A stretch of DNA of 32,000 nt from Vibrio vulnificus CMCP6 (GTDB lineage: Bacteria; Pseudomonadota; Gammaproteobacteria; Enterobacterales; Vibrionaceae), in contig NC_004460.2 in the NCBI RefSeq assembly GCF_000039765.1, forward strand, positions 1,140,001 to 1,172,000, read 5' to 3'. Both the position numbers and the translations under genes were made by a program. Shown in pieces: positions 27,510-32,000 of this stretch. The notes under the pieces were generated by a model. The model had not been told where the DNA came from, searched no databases, and was given only the letters and a program-made list of their open reading frames with translations. Each line of letters opens with the position of its first letter. The first letter of the stretch is position 1.

Positions 27510-29369
27510 ATGTTTAAACGATTTGAAAGCTTTACCAATCCGTTTCCGGCCGGAACGCCGGAACAACCACCTGAAGGGTTACTGGCTTTTTGCCGCCACT
27601 ACACTCGTGGGTTTGAAAAACCGCTGATTTTGATGTCACTGCTGTCCACCATCGTCGCGATTGTCGAGGTGTCGCTATTTGGTGCTATGGGACAACTTGT
27701 CGACTGGCTGAGCAACAGCGATCCACAAACGTTCCTTGAGCAAAACCAAAGTGAGCTGATTTATTACGGCGTGATACTTTTAGTGGTGATGCCAACCCTG
27801 ATCGTTGGCTACTCACTGCTGGTGCATCAAAGTCTGCTGGGCAACTACCCAATGTCGATCCGCTGGCTGGCGCACCGCTATTTGCTTAATCAAAGCTTGA
27901 ACTTCTATCAAGATGATTTTGCAGGGCGTGTCGCCACCAAAGTGATGCAAACCTCGCTGGCGGTGCGTGAATCGGTGATGAAAACCATGGACGTGTTTGT
28001 TTACGTGTCCGTCTATTTCACCAGCATCATTGTGATGCTCGCGGCGGCCGACTGGCGTTTGATGGTGCCGATGGTGATTTGGCTGCTGATCTACATCGGC
28101 ATTCAAGTTTACTTTGTCCCTAAGCTCAAAGATGTTGCTTCAGCGCAAGCGGACGCCCGCTCTACCATGACCGGCCGCATTGTCGACAGCTACACCAATA
28201 TCCAAACGGTGAAATTGTTTTCGCACAGCAAACGCGAGACTGAGTATGCCGAAAGCGGCATGCGCGAGTTCTTAGACACGGTTCATCGTCAAATGCGCTT
28301 GGTAACCGGCTTCAATATCGCGGTGCAGGTAACCAACTATGTGCTGGTGTTTTCGATTGGTGCGCTCTCCATCCACCTTTGGTTAGGCGGTGCGATCAGC
28401 ATTGGCGCGATTGCCATTGCCGTGAGTTTAGCGTTGCGTATCAACGGGATGTCGATGTGGATCATGTGGGAAGTGGGTTCACTGTTTGAAAACATGGGCA
28501 CGGTGGTCGATGGCATGAAAACGCTGTCCAAACCGATTGATATTCAAGACAAACCACAGGCCACTGAGCTCGTAGTGAAACAAGGCGGCATTGAGTTTGA
28601 CGACGTGAGTTTCCACTACGGTGAAAACAAAGGCGTGATTAACCATCTCAATTTGCACATCAAACCGGGTGAGAAAATTGGCCTAGTGGGGCGCTCTGGC
28701 GCGGGCAAATCAACGCTGGTTAACCTGCTGCTGCGTTTCCACGATGTGGAGAGCGGCAAGATCAAGATCGACGGCCAAACCATCTCTGAGGTGACGCAAG
28801 ATTCGCTGCGTGCGCAAATTGGTATGGTGACGCAAGACACCTCGCTGCTGCACCGCTCGATTCGCGAGAACATTCTTTACGGCAATCCAGATGCCAGTGA
28901 AGAAGAGCTGTTGCGCGCCACTAAGCAAGCACACGCGCATGAGTTTATCGAAACCCTCACCGACCCGTTTGGCAACGTCGGCTACGATGCGCAAGTGGGT
29001 GAGCGCGGGGTGAAACTCTCGGGAGGTCAGCGTCAGCGCATTGCGATTTCTCGTGTGCTGCTCAAAGACGCACCACTCTTGGTGCTGGATGAAGCAACCT
29101 CAGCCCTCGACTCGGAAGTGGAAGCGGCCATTCAAGAAAGCTTGAACGAGCTGATGCAAGGCAAAACCGTGATTGCCATTGCTCACCGCTTGTCGACCAT
29201 TGCACAGATGGATCGCCTGATCGTGCTGGATAAAGGCAATATTGTTGAGCAAGGCACGCACCAAGAACTGCTGCAAAACAACGGTATTTATGCGCAGTTG
29301 TGGGCACACCAAACCGGCGGCTTTCTTGCCGACGACTGCCCAGAAATGGAAGAGAGCCAAATCGCTTAA
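27510..29369 (+). CDS. ABC exporter, fused transmembrane and ATP-binding domains (MsbA/MdlB-type half-transporter; possibly multidrug-efflux type)
   Basis: A six-helix TMD is followed by an NBD with Walker A GRSGAGKST, signature LSGGQRQR and Walker B LLVLDEATSALD. The ATG at 27510 (MFKRFESF...) has AGGAAG upstream. The tracker start at 27480 is GTG. Confidence 0.9.
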   Translation: MFKRFESFTNPFPAGTPEQPPEGLLAFCRHYTRGFEKPLILMSLLSTIVAIVEVSLFGAMGQLVDWLSNSDPQTFLEQNQSELIYYGVILLVVMPTLIVGYSLLVHQSLLGNYPMSIRWLAHRYLLNQSLNFYQDDFAGRVATKVMQTSLAVRESVMKTMDVFVYVSVYFTSIIVMLAAADWRLMVPMVIWLLIYIGIQVYFVPKLKDVASAQADARSTMTGRIVDSYTNIQTVKLFSHSKRETEYAESGMREFLDTVHRQMRLVTGFNIAVQVTNYVLVFSIGALSIHLWLGGAISIGAIAIAVSLALRINGMSMWIMWEVGSLFENMGTVVDGMKTLSKPIDIQDKPQATELVVKQGGIEFDDVSFHYGENKGVINHLNLHIKPGEKIGLVGRSGAGKSTLVNLLLRFHDVESGKIKIDGQTISEVTQDSLRAQIGMVTQDTSLLHRSIRENILYGNPDASEEELLRATKQAHAHEFIETLTDPFGNVGYDAQVGERGVKLSGGQRQRIAISRVLLKDAPLLVLDEATSALDSEVEAAIQESLNELMQGKTVIAIAHRLSTIAQMDRLIVLDKGNIVEQGTHQELLQNNGIYAQLWAHQTGGFLADDCPEMEESQIA

Positions 29370-29392
29370 TCGCCGTTAAATACCATCAAATC

Positions 29393-29423
29393 AACGCCCT
29401 GTTTATCACAGGGCGTTTTTTTG
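29393..29423. terminator. Rho-independent terminator between convergent ABC and PL8 genes
   Basis: AACGCCCTG (29393-29401) pairs with CAGGGCGTT (29409-29417), followed by TTTTTGT. Confidence 0.8.
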
Positions 29424-29436
29424 TCTGGTTTTCGGC

Positions 29437-31488
29437 TCAGCTATCGCGTGCCATACTCGGTTCCGCTTCGATATCCACCAGCACGCTTTCGCCCAACTTA
29501 TCAGGCAGCGCCGAGGTTTCGATGGTCACTGCGAACGCTTGACCGCCTTGATGCAAAGTGATCTGCACCTTGTCGGCTCTGCCCGGCGTCGACAGAGCCA
29601 AACGAAAGCCAACCGATGTGCGCTCACAAAGTAGCAAACAGGGTTTGTCCACTTCCAACGCAAAAGCGGGTTGATGAGTGAAGCTCGCCAGCTCTAGGCG
29701 GCCGGCTTGGCGAAACACACAGCCAACTTCATGACGAAACTGAACCGCTTGCAACTGAGGCAAATTATGCAGCACTTGCGCTTCGGGTTGAGCGGCATAC
29801 TGTTGGGTTTTCGCCAGTGTCGCTCCCGGTAACAGTGTGTAGTGATAGCCGGCGTCGTGCGGCTGTACGCCATGTTCAATCCACAGGCTAAACACCTTGC
29901 CAGCAACTTCTTCATCACTCAAATGCGCATTAATTTTCTGCCAACTGCCCTGTTGTTCATCACAACGCAAATACGCCTTACCCTCGCCAAGCAGATAACC
30001 GACATTGGCATGATGAAGCCAACCTTGAACGGCAACAGCATCACACCGCTCCACCCCATTCTCATTCTGGTGAAAAACAGGCGTTTGCACATGGCATTGA
30101 TTGATCGCGGTGACGATGGGGCTTTGATGTTCAGAACGAATGCCAGCCCCCAGCGCCACAATGGCATCACCACAGAAAAACCACGATTTCAAACCCTGAG
30201 TTTGCTGAACATCCAACTCAAAGCTGGCTATCCCCCATCGACCATTGCTGACGCCGCCAGTCCACTCGGTGTTTTGCTCGATGCGCCCCCATTCGTGCGC
30301 GGGCATGGCCACGCTGGGTGAGGTAACCCCAGGGATTTTTGCCCAATCCCAGTAAGGATAAATATCGTGGTATTCGTCGCCCGTCACGCTGATGTTCATG
30401 CTGCCAAAACCGAGCCAGAAACCAAGTAAGTTCTCTTGATTGCCCGTTTCAATCGGCTTGGTGCGGCGTGAATTGGTTTTCACCGTCACCGAAAAGCGAT
30501 GGTTCACCATGGCAGAATAGTCTGAGCGCCAAAAGTGTTTAAATCCCGCAAAGGGATACGCACGGCCATCAAGGTGCGCGAGGTAACTTTCGAGTGGCAA
30601 GCGATGTTGAGGAAACAGCGCCATCAGCATGGTCACTTGCACTTTCAAAGACGCGCGACTGTGCGGTTTCTCCAAATCGGGCTTGGCGATGGCTCGGCCA
30701 CACACGTTGTAATCCCAGCGACCGGTACGCGTCATCCACATCGAACCTTGTAAGAAATAGCTGAGCAGTAAACGTTGCTGATCACTTGAAAAGCGAAAGC
30801 AGGTGTCAGCCGCCGCATACACCCACGGCAAAGCGACATTTAGGAAAGATTCACCATAACCGCCGTTTTGTAATTGCGGCCCATGCTGTTGGTAAGAGAA
30901 ATCGGCTTGTATGCCCTCCTCTTGCGTCAACACGATAGTGTCAGCGATATCGGCCATGGCTTGGGCAAAGCGAGTTTGATTGTTTTTAAGCAATGCACGA
31001 TACGCCACCCCATTCGCCAGATCGGCTTTGTTCGCCCCCGTCATGCTCGCTTGGGCGGGCAGATCATCCATCAATTTTTGCTGCAATGCTGGCGAGAGCG
31101 CATCGCTGAGCAGCAAAGCAATCGGCCCCAGAAGCCGCTGTTTGCCAATTTGATTCCACCACCAGTTCCAGTGGGTCGGATTGTGTCGATACCAGTGCGC
31201 CAACGCTTGTTCAATCGTTTCCAAAATCGAGGAACAAGGTCGTTGGTAGTGTTGGCAAGCGAGCAGCAATACGCGCTGCAAATAGGCAAAAATACGCTCT
31301 CCGTCTTGCTCAGCGTCTGCAAGCGGCGCATCGAGCCAGCCTGTTTGGCGAGAAAATGCGTTTTGGTATTGAGCGATGGTTTGATGCCAATCGTGCTCGT
31401 GCAGCATGCCCCTTTGTAGCTCGACGATGGATTGTGACAGTTTGCTGCGGATCTGCATCAAATGTTGCGAGTGCATGATGCGAATCAT
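29437..31488 (-). CDS. Polysaccharide lyase family 8 (chondroitin AC / hyaluronate / xanthan lyase-like) protein, no signal peptide
   Basis: PL8 hallmarks read from the translation: HWNWWWNQIGKQ, MTGANKADL, DFSYQQHGPQLQNGGYGESF (His and Tyr 9 residues apart) and WDYNVCGRAIAKP. The length of 683 aa fits the toroid plus beta-sandwich architecture. An alternative ATG lies at 31476. AAGGAG abuts the 31488 ATG. Confidence 0.75.
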   Translation of the reverse strand: MIRIMHSQHLMQIRSKLSQSIVELQRGMLHEHDWHQTIAQYQNAFSRQTGWLDAPLADAEQDGERIFAYLQRVLLLACQHYQRPCSSILETIEQALAHWYRHNPTHWNWWWNQIGKQRLLGPIALLLSDALSPALQQKLMDDLPAQASMTGANKADLANGVAYRALLKNNQTRFAQAMADIADTIVLTQEEGIQADFSYQQHGPQLQNGGYGESFLNVALPWVYAAADTCFRFSSDQQRLLLSYFLQGSMWMTRTGRWDYNVCGRAIAKPDLEKPHSRASLKVQVTMLMALFPQHRLPLESYLAHLDGRAYPFAGFKHFWRSDYSAMVNHRFSVTVKTNSRRTKPIETGNQENLLGFWLGFGSMNISVTGDEYHDIYPYWDWAKIPGVTSPSVAMPAHEWGRIEQNTEWTGGVSNGRWGIASFELDVQQTQGLKSWFFCGDAIVALGAGIRSEHQSPIVTAINQCHVQTPVFHQNENGVERCDAVAVQGWLHHANVGYLLGEGKAYLRCDEQQGSWQKINAHLSDEEVAGKVFSLWIEHGVQPHDAGYHYTLLPGATLAKTQQYAAQPEAQVLHNLPQLQAVQFRHEVGCVFRQAGRLELASFTHQPAFALEVDKPCLLLCERTSVGFRLALSTPGRADKVQITLHQGGQAFAVTIETSALPDKLGESVLVDIEAEPSMARDS

Positions 31489-31515
31489 CTCCTTGGTGAG
31501 TCTATCGGAATGAAA

Positions 31516-31540
31516 AGAAGGTGCTTTGACAGCACCTTCT
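31516..31540 (-). other. Intercistronic hairpin / weak terminator between the upstream glycoside-processing gene and the PL8 gene
   Basis: AGAAGGTGCT (31516-31525) pairs with AGCACCTTCT (31531-31540), a 10-bp stem with a 5-nt loop. On the minus strand TTTCATTCC follows. Only about 27 nt separate the hairpin from the PL8 start. Confidence 0.45.
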
Positions 31541-31556
31541 ACCTTCTTTGCTTGGT

Positions 31557-32000
31557 TTAGTTATCGAACCAACGCCATTCATAGGGTTTCAGCGTTATCG
31601 ATTGTGGCTCACCATCGGTGTTCAATACCGTCACCTTCTGAGTCTCATCGGTAAAGTTCACCGCTGTCGCTTTGTTGGTTTGCGGGTAGAACGCTACGTC
31701 AACATAAGGGTTATTGGACAGCCAGGCATGTGCCGTTTCTTCCTGCTGCGTTAGCCACAACAAAATGTGTTGCAACAGGCGGGCATTTTCCATGCTAAAT
31801 GGCAGATTCCCCAAGTACACCGCGCGGCCAGAGCCATAGCCACGCGCCGTCAACGCCAAATGTTGCCCCTGCGCAGCCAGAACGGTAAGGTCTTGCGCTT
31901 GCGGGTACACATAGCTTGGGTTACCGAAGTCTTCATCGCCCTGAATAAACTGGCTGAGGTAGTGATGCTTTTCGATCTGCAACGGCATCGCCACACGCCC
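31557..32000 (-). CDS. C-terminal 147 codons of a glycoside phosphorylase/hydrolase (GH112 1,3-beta-galactosyl-N-acetylhexosamine phosphorylase-like or GH42-like); 5' end lies outside the window
   Basis: The frame is open to nt 32000. The tail (...GSGRAVYLGNLPFSMENARLLQHILLWL...WLSNNPYVDVAFYPQTNKATAVNFTDETQKVTVL...) looks like the GATase-like domain plus terminal beta-domain of GH112/GH42 enzymes. This is a by-memory call and weak. Confidence 0.4.
   Translation of the reverse strand, partial: GRVAMPLQIEKHHYLSQFIQGDEDFGNPSYVYPQAQDLTVLAAQGQHLALTARGYGSGRAVYLGNLPFSMENARLLQHILLWLTQQEETAHAWLSNNPYVDVAFYPQTNKATAVNFTDETQKVTVLNTDGEPQSITLKPYEWRWFDN

Noticed and set aside
27326-27517. A 63-aa plus-strand ORF upstream of, and overlapping, the ABC exporter start
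   Set aside because: It has no SD, it runs into the exporter RBS and start, and its translation is not protein-like. It is treated as leader or promoter DNA.

Overview
The window reads as a gamma-proteobacterial chromosome segment. Protein similarity and gene order suggest Vibrionaceae, but that is inference from memory; no search was run. It is almost fully coding and consists of adjacent, largely well-understood modules. (1) The 3' end of an NhaC-family transporter plus a MalY/PatB-type C-S lyase. (2) A DEAD-box RNA helicase. (3) A complete D-glucuronate/fructuronate (Ashwell) module: uxuA, a UxuR/ExuR-like GntR repressor, a split TRAP transporter (dctP divergent from dctQM) and a dctQM-uxuB-uxaC-kdgK-eda operon. 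Its control regions carry ATTGGT-nn-ACCAAT palindromes and a CRP-like site. (4) A YgjV-like membrane protein. (5) A LysR regulator divergent from SDR-grxB-nemA. (6) A complete L-ascorbate (ula) regulon: ulaG, ulaR, a fused ulaA-ulaB, ulaC, ulaF, a Cof-type HAD phosphatase, ulaD and ulaE. (7) An orphan small ORF. (8) A CtlX/arginine-deiminase-related enzyme. (9) A fused TMD-NBD ABC exporter. (10) A leaderless PL8-family lyase followed by the 3' end of a GH112/GH42-like gene. I saw no rRNA, tRNA, CRISPR array, transposase, integrase, phage gene, or recognisable defence or toxin-antitoxin gene. I do not find convincing evidence for a wholly new multi-gene system in this window. The items most worth a second look are: the signal-peptide-less PL8 lyase pair at the right edge; a helically phased GTGATTA word array in the ula control region; a 17-bp tandem repeat inside the ula operon; two near-identical 26-nt palindromic hairpins bracketing the ula segment; the unexplained Cof phosphatase in the ula operon; and the orphan ORF at 25.6-26.1 kb. 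All family calls come from reading the translated ORFs and remembered family motifs, not from database searches.
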